Virus record (IMG/VR): IMGVR_UViG_3300015262_000001
Coordinates: 1 to 64,000 of that record
Strand: one strand, 5' to 3'
DNA: 64,000 bases
This document shows positions 38,542-48,562 of this stretch, one piece after another. How positions within the stretch are numbered: position 1 is the stretch's first letter; every line of letters begins with the position of its first letter. The notes beneath the pieces are model-generated. The model was not told the origin of the DNA, ran no database searches, and was given only the letters and a program-made list of their open reading frames with translations. The position numbers and the translations under genes were made by a program.

Positions 38542-40179
38542 TTAGGCTGCGTCGACAATCGGCGTCTGTGCCATGAGCGTGTTAAGGTTCATGAGGTTAG
38601 TCGCCGCTTGCCCTGCGTAGTCACCCACTGTAAACGGAATGTTGCGGTCCAACGTCTGATGGTGACCCCACGCGCCGTAAGCTTTCGCTTTGGACTCGTT
38701 ATCGGCCATAAGGACGATATAATGGTTATCGCCGTCAAAGTCAGTGTTCGATTCGCTAACTGCCAGAATCGGTACCCGGATACTTTCATCCCGGAGATCG
38801 CGGTTAACCCGGAGGAACGCACTGCGCAGACTGAGGAACTCAATCGACGGGTTACGTCCACTCTGTATGATAGCCTTGTTGTTATCTTCCATGTCGCGGA
38901 AGAATTCATCAATCAGTGGGTCGATCCAATAAGCAGCTCGACTGATTCGCTGAATGGCCTGATACGGAGTATGACCACGACGATACAGGAAACCCGTGAT
39001 GTGATAGTCCAGAATAGCCAGACACATCTTCCACGGAACCATCCACTCGTCCGGGTTAAGGATGCCGGTTACTGACGTCACTACGGAACGACCGGTAAAC
39101 GGAACTGCACCAGAGGCCACGTGTTTACGGTTGATCGCTGGTTTACCAAACAACGCTTTCGGGTTGTTCACCTTACGGTATTGGTCGGCCAGCTTAACCA
39201 GGTTCTTACCCACGATGTCCACGTTACGACGCTTATCAGCGGCGCTCAGTTTAACCACGGAGTTGGAACGCTTGGTATCAGCAATCGCGGTGTACAGCTG
39301 TGCTGTGATCGGTTGGTGTGGATAGGCGTAAGTATCCTTGCCCGTCTTCTCCAGGATCGTCGCATAGCGGTTTGGTACCTTCATGTACTTGGAGAACGCG
39401 ATGTGCTTGTTCTTCTGGTACACTTCCCACAGCACTACACCTTCGTGCGAAGTAGTGCAATGACGTTTGCCATTCCCTACCAGCATCCAGTGCATAATGT
39501 CGTCGCATCGCTCCTGGAAGGTATTCATGTTAACTTCACTGATCTGTAGCTCTTCGAGCATGTTGCGGATCAGGTTGACCGTTGTGTTCTTTTGCTTGTT
39601 GATCTGCGCCCGATAGATCGGGTCGATAAAGTACCGAGGCACGCAGACTTTGGGACTACCAATACCGACTTTGTTAAAGAAGGTTGAAAAGAAACCAAGG
39701 TTAACAAAACCGTTTACACCTTCTGGCAGTTTCAGCCACAGTCGAGTATCCTCACCGCGGTCCAGGAACAGCTCTGGAACTTCACCGCACTTAGGACAGG
39801 CCTTACCCTGCTTCAGGCGATAGTTCCCACGGTAGTAACCACATGCCGGATTACAGCTGGCTACAGTCTCGAACGAGTTACCATTGAACTCCATACGAGT
39901 CAAACGCTCGATGGCTTCGCGATCTTCCTGAATGTTGAAGTCGAACTCATTCAGATAGATAGGTTTAAGACGACTGGTATCGTGCAAGTAGTCGTAGTCT
40001 TCGAAGTCCCAATACAGTGGCTCCGAGTAACGCGGGTCATCCTCCAGCGACTGGCCAAAGGCTGCGGCATAGCGATTGAAGAAAGGCATCGGATCGAGCT
40101 TTTCTTCGTTGTACTGTGTGAGCTTTTTAATTGCCAGCTCATTTGACGGAGTGAGTTCCGGTAAATACATGTTGCCCAT
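38542..40179 (-). CDS. Non-virion RNA polymerase beta' N-terminal (catalytic) subunit, phiKZ gp55-like
   Basis: Catalytic NTDFDGD, zinc finger CNPACG...CPKCG, QSGRNPSI and FTGRSVV; start after GGAG at 40179. Confidence 0.92.
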   Translation of the reverse strand: MGNMYLPELTPSNELAIKKLTQYNEEKLDPMPFFNRYAAAFGQSLEDDPRYSEPLYWDFEDYDYLHDTSRLKPIYLNEFDFNIQEDREAIERLTRMEFNGNSFETVASCNPACGYYRGNYRLKQGKACPKCGEVPELFLDRGEDTRLWLKLPEGVNGFVNLGFFSTFFNKVGIGSPKVCVPRYFIDPIYRAQINKQKNTTVNLIRNMLEELQISEVNMNTFQERCDDIMHWMLVGNGKRHCTTSHEGVVLWEVYQKNKHIAFSKYMKVPNRYATILEKTGKDTYAYPHQPITAQLYTAIADTKRSNSVVKLSAADKRRNVDIVGKNLVKLADQYRKVNNPKALFGKPAINRKHVASGAVPFTGRSVVTSVTGILNPDEWMVPWKMCLAILDYHITGFLYRRGHTPYQAIQRISRAAYWIDPLIDEFFRDMEDNNKAIIQSGRNPSIEFLSLRSAFLRVNRDLRDESIRVPILAVSESNTDFDGDNHYIVLMADNESKAKAYGAWGHHQTLDRNIPFTVGDYAGQAATNLMNLNTLMAQTPIVDAA

Positions 40180-40221
40180 AGCCGACTCCAAAACGGAAAA
40201 ACAGAAAAAAGAGAATAGCGA

Positions 40222-40245
40222 GCAAGAGGGTGTTACCCCTCTTGC
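40222..40245 (-). terminator. Terminator after chimallin (GGGTGTTACCC-loop family)
   Basis: GCAAGAGGG-TGTTAC-CCCTCTTGC, followed by a T-rich tract on the minus strand. Confidence 0.75.
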
Positions 40246-40283
40246 CCACCAGTCCTTTGTGCAGGCTACAACTCTTACAACAA

Positions 40284-42302
40284 TTACATGAACGGCATGT
40301 TCATGTTGTAAGCAACGCCCAGACCGTTACCGGAGGCGTTGTTCGAACCAGCACCCACGAGGGTAGCCAGACCGATGCCAGGCGTCGAAGCCAGGCTAGT
40401 GTTGCGCCAGCTGCCCAGGTTGTTGGCAACGTTCAGCTGACCGATGGTGTCCATGGCTTTCGACATGGCAGCCATGAAGTCAGGCGCCCAGATGTGAGGC
40501 TGAGCCCAGCCGTTGATGTGAACCTGACCGTCGAACAGCGACGAACTGGTTTCCACGCGCAGCTTCTGAGCACGTTGCTTGAACTCTTCGCCCTGGATGG
40601 TGCCGTACATGGTCGACAGCAGGCTTTCGGCTGCGAGCTGACCTTTCGGGCCCTTGATGTGCGAGATCATCATCTCGTCCAGTTCCTGGGTGTTGAACTT
40701 GCGACCGGCGTATTCGGCCAGGCCGTTTACAGCGATCATGCCAGTCGGGATCAGCACTGGCTTGGACGGCACCCAACCAACCTGAGCGGTAGCGTTGGCA
40801 CGGATGATTTCCGAGAACGCACCCTTGGTCATGCTGTCGATGAGCGAGATAACAACTTTGATTTCCGCCGCGTTCTGACCGACTTTGGCCAGCTGGAAGA
40901 AGAAGTTGTTGATCGACGCGTTCGGACCGGCCGGGATCAGGTTGATCTGGAAGGTCGCATGCGGGGAAACGTTCTGACGGATCCAGTTGTTGACCAGCTC
41001 GGTGTCCGACATCTTCTTCTCGTCGAGACGGATACGTTGCGGGTTCTGGAAGCCACCAGGGATCTGGCTTACCATTTGGTCAACACGAGTTTCCAGGTCA
41101 GCCAGGTTGCCGCGAGCACCAACGCTATGACGGCGCAGAGCTTCAGACCAGACGTACTGGTTGTTCGTCGCCATCAGCGCGTACAGGCCGGTGAAGAACG
41201 GGAACAGACCGCCGTTGTTGCAGAGTTGCTCGCCAGCTTGTACGGTACCAACGGTGATCACTGGACGCAGAGGTTTGAAGCCCTGTGGGTAAACACCCAT
41301 GCCCATGCTGTTGCCGAGGAACTGTTGCAGCGCGTTCATTTGCTCTTGCGAGCGGTGCGACATCATGAAACGCTGGTGATCTTCCCACGACACGCCGTTC
41401 AGGCTGACAGCCGCAGTAGCGCGGATGATCTCTTTCGAGTTGGCCTGGAAGTTGCCGGTGTTCTGGTTGCTGTTGTTGATCGTCGAAACGATCACTTCCA
41501 TGTTGTCCGGAGTCAACGTGCCGGCTTTGCTGGTGCGGAAGCTGATTGCGTTAACGCGAGCTTCTGCACAACCGTCTTTGCCGTAAGGTTCGTCGGTCTT
41601 GGCGAACGGAACCGGAACCTGGTAACCCTTGGCAACGATTTCGCGCACGGTCTTGACCATGATCGCTTCTTCCCACTCGGAGGCGATGTAGTTCGCCTGA
41701 CGGTGAGCGTAGTCTTTCGGATCGCCGGCTTCTGGGTGGTGCAGCATTTCCAGGTCGACAACGATCATGTTGATCACGCTGACGTTCTTCACGCCCTGAG
41801 CTTCGGCCACTTTGGTGTAGTGGGAAGTCAGCTTTTCCAGGAACACGTTGTTCGGGTACTGAGCCGGAGTCAGTGGTGCCGACATTTGTTGCATGATGTT
41901 GTTGGCGTTGACAGTGATGCGCTCAACACCGATGGACAGGGTGCGGTTGTAGAACAGCGCGGCCATGACGTACATGGTGCCGTCGAAGACAACGTACAGA
42001 CCGACGCCAGGCAGTTGTGCCGAGATGGACGGGGTCAGCATTTCAACGGTCGGAACGATTTTGCGTTGCAGTTCGTTGGTGGTGGACTTCTTGGCGTTCT
42101 CGTAGATCGCTTCGAGTTTCTCGATGGTTTCGGCAACCTCTTTGAGGTTACGGTTGTCGGACGTCATGGACGGCAGACGAAGCAGGCCAGCAAGACCATC
42201 CAGAGGAGCCATGGTGCCCGGAGCGCCTGGAGCCTGGTTAGTGGTGTTGGCTTGTTCTTTTTCGTTCCAGGAAGTGCTTTCGGAACCGGTATTCAGACTC
42301 AT
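40284..42302 (-). CDS. chmA: Chimallin, the major phage-nucleus shell protein (phiKZ gp54-like)
   Basis: 672 aa, immediately upstream of the beta' N subunit. It has highly expressed codon bias, flexible N- and C-terminal arms and its own early promoter. Confidence 0.85.
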   Translation of the reverse strand: MSLNTGSESTSWNEKEQANTTNQAPGAPGTMAPLDGLAGLLRLPSMTSDNRNLKEVAETIEKLEAIYENAKKSTTNELQRKIVPTVEMLTPSISAQLPGVGLYVVFDGTMYVMAALFYNRTLSIGVERITVNANNIMQQMSAPLTPAQYPNNVFLEKLTSHYTKVAEAQGVKNVSVINMIVVDLEMLHHPEAGDPKDYAHRQANYIASEWEEAIMVKTVREIVAKGYQVPVPFAKTDEPYGKDGCAEARVNAISFRTSKAGTLTPDNMEVIVSTINNSNQNTGNFQANSKEIIRATAAVSLNGVSWEDHQRFMMSHRSQEQMNALQQFLGNSMGMGVYPQGFKPLRPVITVGTVQAGEQLCNNGGLFPFFTGLYALMATNNQYVWSEALRRHSVGARGNLADLETRVDQMVSQIPGGFQNPQRIRLDEKKMSDTELVNNWIRQNVSPHATFQINLIPAGPNASINNFFFQLAKVGQNAAEIKVVISLIDSMTKGAFSEIIRANATAQVGWVPSKPVLIPTGMIAVNGLAEYAGRKFNTQELDEMMISHIKGPKGQLAAESLLSTMYGTIQGEEFKQRAQKLRVETSSSLFDGQVHINGWAQPHIWAPDFMAAMSKAMDTIGQLNVANNLGSWRNTSLASTPGIGLATLVGAGSNNASGNGLGVAYNMNMPFM

Positions 42303-42387
42303 GAGTGTTTTCCTTTTATACGAAGATAGTTTGCTATAGCGAGATTATCTTTACGGATGTGGAACATCTGTATTACTAATCCCATAA

Positions 42388-42405
42388 GTAATGTAGGCCT
42401 GAAAT
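42388..42405 (-). promoter_or_regulatory. Early promoter motif upstream of chmA
   Basis: Minus strand ATTTCAGGCCTACATTAC. Confidence 0.75.
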
Positions 42406-42606
42406 ATTCTTACCCCAACAGAAATCACCCTACTTTTCAGCAGGGATGATATAGAGTAATCGCTTTCAGTATACATCACAAATTCCCAAGTTGCGCAATG
42501 GTCCCCAGTGGGAGAACTTCTCCCGATGTGACTTGTTCACATATAATAGAGAATTGCAGTAACACTTTATTTCCAAATCCCCATCATTTGTTTCGGACAT
42601 CCCCCT

Positions 42607-43710
42607 ATGACTATCTTTACCTATCCCGCTGAGGACGTCAGCCGGAAGTATCCCCGTAGCAACTTCAATGACCTGGGGAATCTGCATCGTGTAACCGAAT
42701 TCAACCGTAAGGACTATCGGGCCTACGTGGACCGTTCTTCCTTTCATCTCGAAGACCAGAACAAGCTGGTGGGTATTCTCCACCACTTGACGATCGATCC
42801 TGAGTGGAGCTTGCAGGAGGTTGTAGATAATACACGCTTCCGTGCAAATTCACTGTGCACGGTTTATCACATCACTTCGATTAACCGTATTGGCTTTGCA
42901 GAGCCCGAAGGCTTCTATCGTCGCAATGTCAGAGAGCACTGGGTTCTCCTGGATGCATTCATCGACTACGACGAAAAGACCCTCAAGCTGGAAGATCTAA
43001 AAGCAGTGATCCCGCTATACTCAACAGTATTGGAGCGCGGGTATAAACATACTGTTGAAAAGAGTCAGGCTACCAGTAATGAGATCACAGACGTGGCCAT
43101 CATTGGTTTGGACATGGTGGCACTGGCAGTAGGCTGGTGGTTGTTCATGCGCGAGAAGCGTGAAGTCAACACAGGCATTGCGTCGTACGTCTGCATGTAC
43201 CCGCTGTATCACGCCACACTCTATCAGAACCAGTTGTCGGTCATCAACATCCTCTACGAGTTCTTCGTTAAGGAACAAGACCTGAATGACCTGATCAAGA
43301 CTGAGTCGGTTAAGTTCACCACGTTAAATGAGGAGAAGCTGTTCAGAAATTACATGCTCTTCCTTATAGACGTGCTTACGGGTCGTAGACTGGTTGACGT
43401 GTGGATGATGTTGAAGCAGATTGACAGTCTGTACCGTGTTCCCTACACCAACTACATCGACCCGCATGACCAGGCGTTGTACGCTCAGACGGGTTGGGCC
43501 TTTGAACCGGCGTTCCTGAAGGTGTGTGCTATCTACCTGTCGATTGGTAACCGCATGAAGTACAAGTGTGCAGATATCAACACAGAGATCGATCGGCTCT
43601 ATCGTCAGATTGCTTATCGTCAGAAGAATATCCCTGAAGTGTTTTTCAGGAAGCATCTGGGTGATTTGCTCGAAGAAGTAAAAACACTGAATGACATCAA
43701 CTTTCGTTGA
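42607..43710 (+). CDS. Conserved hypothetical core protein divergent from chmA (phiKZ gp52-like)
   Basis: 367 aa; ends before a bidirectional hairpin. Confidence 0.75.
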   Translation: MTIFTYPAEDVSRKYPRSNFNDLGNLHRVTEFNRKDYRAYVDRSSFHLEDQNKLVGILHHLTIDPEWSLQEVVDNTRFRANSLCTVYHITSINRIGFAEPEGFYRRNVREHWVLLDAFIDYDEKTLKLEDLKAVIPLYSTVLERGYKHTVEKSQATSNEITDVAIIGLDMVALAVGWWLFMREKREVNTGIASYVCMYPLYHATLYQNQLSVINILYEFFVKEQDLNDLIKTESVKFTTLNEEKLFRNYMLFLIDVLTGRRLVDVWMMLKQIDSLYRVPYTNYIDPHDQALYAQTGWAFEPAFLKVCAIYLSIGNRMKYKCADINTEIDRLYRQIAYRQKNIPEVFFRKHLGDLLEEVKTLNDINFR

Positions 43711-43802
43711 TTTTTCATTGTACGGGAGGAGACTTAACGGTCCAACCGACGAAGTGCTCCCATATTTGATCCTAAAATCTTAAATAAATTGAAATTCCTT
43801 AT

Positions 43803-43834
43803 ACTCCTACCTCCCTTAACGGGGAGGTAGGAGT
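43803..43834. terminator. Bidirectional terminator hairpin
   Basis: 13-bp stem ACTCCTACCTCCC / GGGAGGTAGGAGT. Confidence 0.8.
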
Positions 43835-43844
43835 TATAGGCGTT

Positions 43845-44180
43845 TTAGATTAAAAACGGTTTATCCTGACTAAACTGAATCGCGTACAGTTCTTCCTTGG
43901 CTGACGTTACCAGCTTCAAACATTTGACGTATTTGAGACTGGTTAGTTCTACTTGCCTTTTTAGATCTCGTATCTTCTCCGCACAAACAATATGCTTGAG
44001 CCATCCATAGCTGCTACAGAACTTATTCAATTCACACTGGGCGTCAAACATCTCTTTCGAAGCATCCATAAAGCGCTGGAGGTAAAAGCCAAGCACCTGG
44101 GATTTACTCTGAATGAGATCGACCCTCGATTGATAATGGTCTACTGTCTTGGCGTTACCCATGTAGTGCACAGTACCCAT
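43845..44180 (-). CDS. Hypothetical protein (helical hairpin)
   Basis: 111 aa, coupled to the upstream stop, AT-rich. Confidence 0.65.
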   Translation of the reverse strand: MGTVHYMGNAKTVDHYQSRVDLIQSKSQVLGFYLQRFMDASKEMFDAQCELNKFCSSYGWLKHIVCAEKIRDLKRQVELTSLKYVKCLKLVTSAKEELYAIQFSQDKPFLI

Positions 44181-44527
44181 TACTTACCAACCTTTTCAAT
44201 CGGCACACCTTCAAGGAAGAACCACACGCCGTTCTCCGGATCGATATCAACTTCATTGATCCGAGTAAGGGTCCCGTCGTCTTCCGCGTAGATGACCTGA
44301 AGGAAGTTCCAATCGCCACCTTTGAACACCAGGCGACGTCCGCTGATGTCGGTTACCGTGAGAGTAGCAAACTCCGATGGCAGCGGACAATCCACACCTT
44401 CCTGATTGAACTTCATCTGAAGGGGGAAGTCGGAAGGAATGCGCTGTACCGGTAATGGGTTACCGAGCACATCACACGCGGGTCCTTCCACGTAGTAGCC
44501 GAACGAAGGACCTCTTATGATTTTCAT
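44180..44527 (-). CDS. Hypothetical protein
   Basis: GAGG SD before the ATG at 44527. Confidence 0.75.
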   Translation of the reverse strand: MKIIRGPSFGYYVEGPACDVLGNPLPVQRIPSDFPLQMKFNQEGVDCPLPSEFATLTVTDISGRRLVFKGGDWNFLQVIYAEDDGTLTRINEVDIDPENGVWFFLEGVPIEKVGK

Positions 44528-44534
44528 ATTCACC

Positions 44535-46619
44535 TCAATGCTCGTCAGATACCAACCGAGTCACTTTGCTGTTCATGATGTACAAGCCCAACGATTCAAG
44601 AATCGCGTAGATGGACTTATAGTTCTGTGCAATCAACGAGCGTGTATCTACAATCGGCAGGATCTCTTTCGGGATACCACCAATGCTTTCAATCATATCA
44701 ATTGGAACATAAATCGCTGTCAAAGAACCACGGGCTTCGATGTACTCCATCATCTTTTTCACAACATCACTTTCGCCGTAGGTCTCGGTAAACTGCTTGA
44801 CCTTGGTTTTGTTATCCAGTGTGACGTTGACCTTGTACGCGCGATACGGCAGCTCTGGTGCGTCGCCATAAGTCTCGGCAAACACCTGCTTCCACATCTC
44901 GTGGTAGAAGTAGATAGACGAGTCAGCGTTGCTGTAGGCGCTCTCTTCTTTGATACCGTTCTTGGTCAGCCAGCTCCAACCACCACTCTCCAGCTCTTCG
45001 AACAACAAGCGTTCCAGATCCGCTACGCCTTTCAGCATTGCAGGTGCATCCATCTGCTTGTTGTTGTAGAGCGCATCCAGAGCGTCTCGCATCAGTTTGT
45101 TCGTAAACTCCCTGACCTTGAGTGCAATCTTGATACCTCTGAGGTGCACACCCTTGAGTTCCAGTTTAGGGTCGTCGTAAAGAATACCTTCCAGCATTAA
45201 CTGCAACGCGTAGTAGTGCTTGGACATCGACGTAGTGAAGTACGCACTGAACAAGTACTCGTTCTTCATGTTCAGACGATGGCGGAACTTTCTGGCCACG
45301 TTCATGTTGACGCTGAGACGCGCATGCTGGTCGACGGCAATGCAACGAATGAAGTATGTCAATACACCGTTAAACGCCAGCTCGTCTTTCTTATCGGTAA
45401 TGTAGTCATCAATGATAGCGTCTACCGAATAGATCATCGAGTCAGTGTCGGAGGTTACGACGTTCTCGCGTACCAATTCCTTAACACTGAAAACACCAGA
45501 TGGCGGGATATCGGCTTTCAAGAAAGCTTCAATGAAGTCTCGCCATTTAACTTCCAGGCTGACGTGGTAAGAGTTGAGGTACGCCGATTGCTCAGCTGTT
45601 GCCTTCTTACCCAGCTTGGTGGTACAGAGTGTCTTGTAGTCATCGTTAGCGGGTTTAAGTGAGGTAACGTTCTCAAACGACGCAGGCATCTCAGGAACCA
45701 AACACCACTCATCGAAGAACCGTTTGACCAGTTCTTTGTTCGTGGTATACAGACCGCGAAGGTCCATGGTGCAGAGGATGATCGTCAGCTCCAGAGGTGA
45801 CAGCGCTTCCATGAACTCACGGATCGCACCGATCTGGGTCTTGTTGTTCCAGTAGTAAGCCGAGCAACGTTTCACCATGTCCATTACCTGGTCCACGGTG
45901 GCGTAACTCATCTGGTACTTATCAATAACCGCCTGTATCTTGTCTCGCTTCGCAAATGCCAGGGTACTAATAAACAGTTCCATGGACTTGTTGTAACTGA
46001 GTAGCAACCGGTTACCCGTAATCAGCCGCTCGTTCATCAGGTTGGCGACAGAGGTCAGGGAACGGCAGATCGAAGTCAGTGTAGTGTGGCCAGACTTGTT
46101 GTTCAGTGGAGTACCCGAAGAAGACATCGCACCAGACTGGGCGTTGTTAAAGATCTTCAGAGCCTTCTGGATTTCGTCAAACGCTTGTGCCGCTTCTTTA
46201 TCGCCAGCCGAGATGGCCCCTTTCATCTTGCCTTTATAAAGGCGACGGAACTCGATAAAGGTTTCAGTACCAATCGAGTTGATCGACTGTTCCTGGTTAG
46301 TGTGCGTGTACGCTACAAACGACGGTGACAAGTGCCAGTTGTTATCCTGCACCGTCTGGAAGAACTCACGAGCCGGCATGACATCAGGAACACGATCGCC
46401 GTACTTGTTCTTCTTGAATACTCTGAACTTGGCTTCCTTATAGCCGTTCTGATTGGGTACAAATACTTTCTCAACCAGTTCCAGTACTGTTTTGTAATCC
46501 CACTTGTAGATGGACGTCAGATAAGCCGCGGCCATGTAGTGGTAGTTCTGGAGCAAGTTGCGGTTGGGTACATATTCCTCTTCTAAGAAGGGAGATAGAT
46601 GTTGAGCCGCAGCAGTCAT
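44535..46619 (-). CDS. Split family-B DNA polymerase, catalytic subunit (phiKZ gp50-like)
   Basis: Motif B QKALKIFNNAQSG and motif C TSDTDS. True start MTAAAQ at 46619; the longer ORF crosses a terminator and the upstream gene. Confidence 0.9.
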   Translation of the reverse strand: MTAAAQHLSPFLEEEYVPNRNLLQNYHYMAAAYLTSIYKWDYKTVLELVEKVFVPNQNGYKEAKFRVFKKNKYGDRVPDVMPAREFFQTVQDNNWHLSPSFVAYTHTNQEQSINSIGTETFIEFRRLYKGKMKGAISAGDKEAAQAFDEIQKALKIFNNAQSGAMSSSGTPLNNKSGHTTLTSICRSLTSVANLMNERLITGNRLLLSYNKSMELFISTLAFAKRDKIQAVIDKYQMSYATVDQVMDMVKRCSAYYWNNKTQIGAIREFMEALSPLELTIILCTMDLRGLYTTNKELVKRFFDEWCLVPEMPASFENVTSLKPANDDYKTLCTTKLGKKATAEQSAYLNSYHVSLEVKWRDFIEAFLKADIPPSGVFSVKELVRENVVTSDTDSMIYSVDAIIDDYITDKKDELAFNGVLTYFIRCIAVDQHARLSVNMNVARKFRHRLNMKNEYLFSAYFTTSMSKHYYALQLMLEGILYDDPKLELKGVHLRGIKIALKVREFTNKLMRDALDALYNNKQMDAPAMLKGVADLERLLFEELESGGWSWLTKNGIKEESAYSNADSSIYFYHEMWKQVFAETYGDAPELPYRAYKVNVTLDNKTKVKQFTETYGESDVVKKMMEYIEARGSLTAIYVPIDMIESIGGIPKEILPIVDTRSLIAQNYKSIYAILESLGLYIMNSKVTRLVSDEH

Positions 46620-46688
46620 CGGTACAATTCTCGCTGAATAAGCAAAATAGGTAATAAAAGAAAAATCAGATTGCAAAAAAGAAAATGG

Positions 46689-46725
46689 GTCACTACACTC
46701 CCCTATTGATGAGGAATGTAGTGAC
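46689..46725 (-). terminator. Intrinsic terminator
   Basis: GTCACTACA / TGTAGTGAC stem, then TTTTCTTTTTT on the minus strand. Confidence 0.7.
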
Positions 46726-46734
46726 AGATCATTC

Positions 46735-47148
46735 TTACTTCTCAAACACCGTGAGGGTGTAAGCGGCGCCGATGCTCTGCATGAATGTAGCCAGCGGAGC
46801 ACGGAAGTCTTCACGCCAGTTGGTAACAACCATGTTGGCGTTACGGCCGTCGATAAGCTGAAAGGTCGAATCGTTGATCCATGGGACCCCGATAACCTCC
46901 ATCTTGTCATTACGACCGATTAGCACCAGGTAACCGTAGGCGTTTGGATCGTCGACGTTACCTACCTTGTCCTTGAAGTACGCGAACAGGTTTTTGTGCT
47001 TGATGGCCAACTGTGGATCAATCAATCGAGCGGTTGCGTACTGGACGATACCGTCAACCTTGACATCAACACGGTCTCCCCCATTGATGCCGTTCTTTAC
47101 CAGCTGAAATGAAACAATGTCACCACGTGAAGGATTCGGGGTTGCCAT
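46735..47148 (-). CDS. Conserved hypothetical core protein (SH3-like, phiKZ gp49-like by position)
   Basis: 137 aa, highly expressed codon bias, directly upstream of the polymerase. Confidence 0.7.
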   Translation of the reverse strand: MATPNPSRGDIVSFQLVKNGINGGDRVDVKVDGIVQYATARLIDPQLAIKHKNLFAYFKDKVGNVDDPNAYGYLVLIGRNDKMEVIGVPWINDSTFQLIDGRNANMVVTNWREDFRAPLATFMQSIGAAYTLTVFEK

Positions 47149-47479
47149 ACGGGAGGTCTCCTTGCAATTCGAGTTCGATAATAACCAACGGAAGCTTCAA
47201 AGGATGTCCGTCTCGAATTACAACCGTACCAGGCAGGCTTGTAACGTGGATGTTTTTAACCGAACCGTGAATGTGGTTTTTAAACAACAACTCAGTGAGA
47301 TAGTCGTCATCGCAACACTCGCTATCTTCCATTATAGCTTCCACATGATCGATCAGGATGTTCTTGGCCATTTGGAAATCAAACGGTTCCGCAGGCCAAT
47401 CCTTGCAATCCATTGCATAACCGGCCAACAAGTGATCGGCTAATTCTTCGTAGTCAATAGGCAGGATGCGTTTCCACAT
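47120..47479 (-). CDS. Hypothetical accessory protein
   Basis: 119 aa, acidic, AG-rich SD region. Confidence 0.65.
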   Translation of the reverse strand: MWKRILPIDYEELADHLLAGYAMDCKDWPAEPFDFQMAKNILIDHVEAIMEDSECCDDDYLTELLFKNHIHGSVKNIHVTSLPGTVVIRDGHPLKLPLVIIELELQGDLPYGNPESFTW

Positions 47480-47489
47480 GATGTTCTCT

Positions 47490-47801
47490 TTATGCAGAGG
47501 TCAAGTCCTGGTAGGTAAACACAAAGGTGACTGTGCTGTTACCCACCGTAGCGTTGGTACACTGAACTGACCCATAGAGGTTTTTCAGATCTTGCAGCTG
47601 ACGGAAGAATTCAAAGAAACCTACCTTTAGCTGCTCCTGACATTCTGGAATAGGATGAGTAAACCCGTCCACGTTCTCAAAGAAATCCAGCGCGTGCGGA
47701 ATTTGCATTGATTCCATAAGGTTGCGATGCACACCAATGAACTGGGTTACGTCGGTGTTAGGTGGTAGCATTACCGTATGCGTAATGGTTTTGGTAGTCA
47801 T
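47490..47801 (-). CDS. Hypothetical accessory protein
   Basis: Start MTTKTI at 47801 after GGAAG. Confidence 0.65.
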   Translation of the reverse strand: MTTKTITHTVMLPPNTDVTQFIGVHRNLMESMQIPHALDFFENVDGFTHPIPECQEQLKVGFFEFFRQLQDLKNLYGSVQCTNATVGNSTVTFVFTYQDLTSA

Positions 47802-48120
47802 CGTCAACTTCCAGTAAAATGATGTGTGGATGTACAACATAGCGTTGCAGACAGCCTGTGGCGGCTACCCTTCTGAATTGCATACCTACATCCACCAGGG
47901 CGGGCAAGGCGTCCAGGATAAGGATCTGGGCGTGTAACGGATCCAAATCCATTTCGGTACGGATGAACTCCGAAATTACCCCGGGGATGTATTGTTCTTC
48001 GTTATACCTGCACACACCCATTAACAGTGTGATCAGGTTGGTGGTCTCATTAGAATGAAACCCACGACTACCAAAGGCTATCGGAATGCAACCCAGGGCC
48101 AAGCCAAACGTCTTGCTCAT
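47758..48120 (-). CDS. Hypothetical accessory protein
   Basis: Start MSKTFG at 48120 after GAGG. Confidence 0.6.
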   Translation of the reverse strand: MSKTFGLALGCIPIAFGSRGFHSNETTNLITLLMGVCRYNEEQYIPGVISEFIRTEMDLDPLHAQILILDALPALVDVGMQFRRVAATGCLQRYVVHPHIILLEVDDDYQNHYAYGNATT

Positions 48121-48562
48121 CGCCGCATTCCTCTTCAATAGTATCGACCGCCAGGGGCTCATAATCCCTGACGTCCAGGTAAATCAACAAATCGCCGTTC
48201 GCAAGGATCTGGTATACAAAAGGATGATCCGGTGACGTTTTATTGGTAGCGTTACCCATCTGTGAAGTGAGGTGGGACAAGATCTTGTCTAGCTCAAGTT
48301 CCAGGTGATCCGCATACAGGTAACAACGTGCAGCCTTCTGATTATAGCGACAGTCGTAAAGATTCTTACCCTTGAGGGTCATGAGCTGTTCGATACCCAT
48401 CTCGAGCACACCCCAAGCCATCTCCTTATAAAGATGGGGCACGTAATCATTGCTGAGCGAAGAGATCTCGTTCAAAAGGTTCTCTAACAGCTGTCGGTTG
48501 TCGATCTGAAAGCCGCGGAGTTCGCCGAATACTCCGACGCTCAACAGTTTCAAGGAATTCAT
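48068..48562 (-). CDS. Hypothetical accessory protein
   Basis: 164 aa, GGAGG SD. Confidence 0.7.
   Translation of the reverse strand: MNSLKLLSVGVFGELRGFQIDNRQLLENLLNEISSLSNDYVPHLYKEMAWGVLEMGIEQLMTLKGKNLYDCRYNQKAARCYLYADHLELELDKILSHLTSQMGNATNKTSPDHPFVYQILANGDLLIYLDVRDYEPLAVDTIEEECGDEQDVWLGPGLHSDSLW

Noticed and set aside
40230-42329. 699-aa plus-strand ORF exactly antisense to chimallin
   Set aside because: It is a shadow ORF. Strong C/T third-position bias in the real gene removes TTA/CTA/TCA codons and so removes antisense stops. It has no SD and no motif.
42466-42786. 106-aa minus-strand ORF upstream of chmA
   Set aside because: It overlaps the divergent 367-aa gene by 180 nt and has no properly spaced SD.
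46620-46910. 97-aa N-terminal extension of the DNA polymerase in the ORF track
   Set aside because: It crosses a terminator and overlaps the upstream gene; polymerase-like sequence starts at MTAAAQ (46619).
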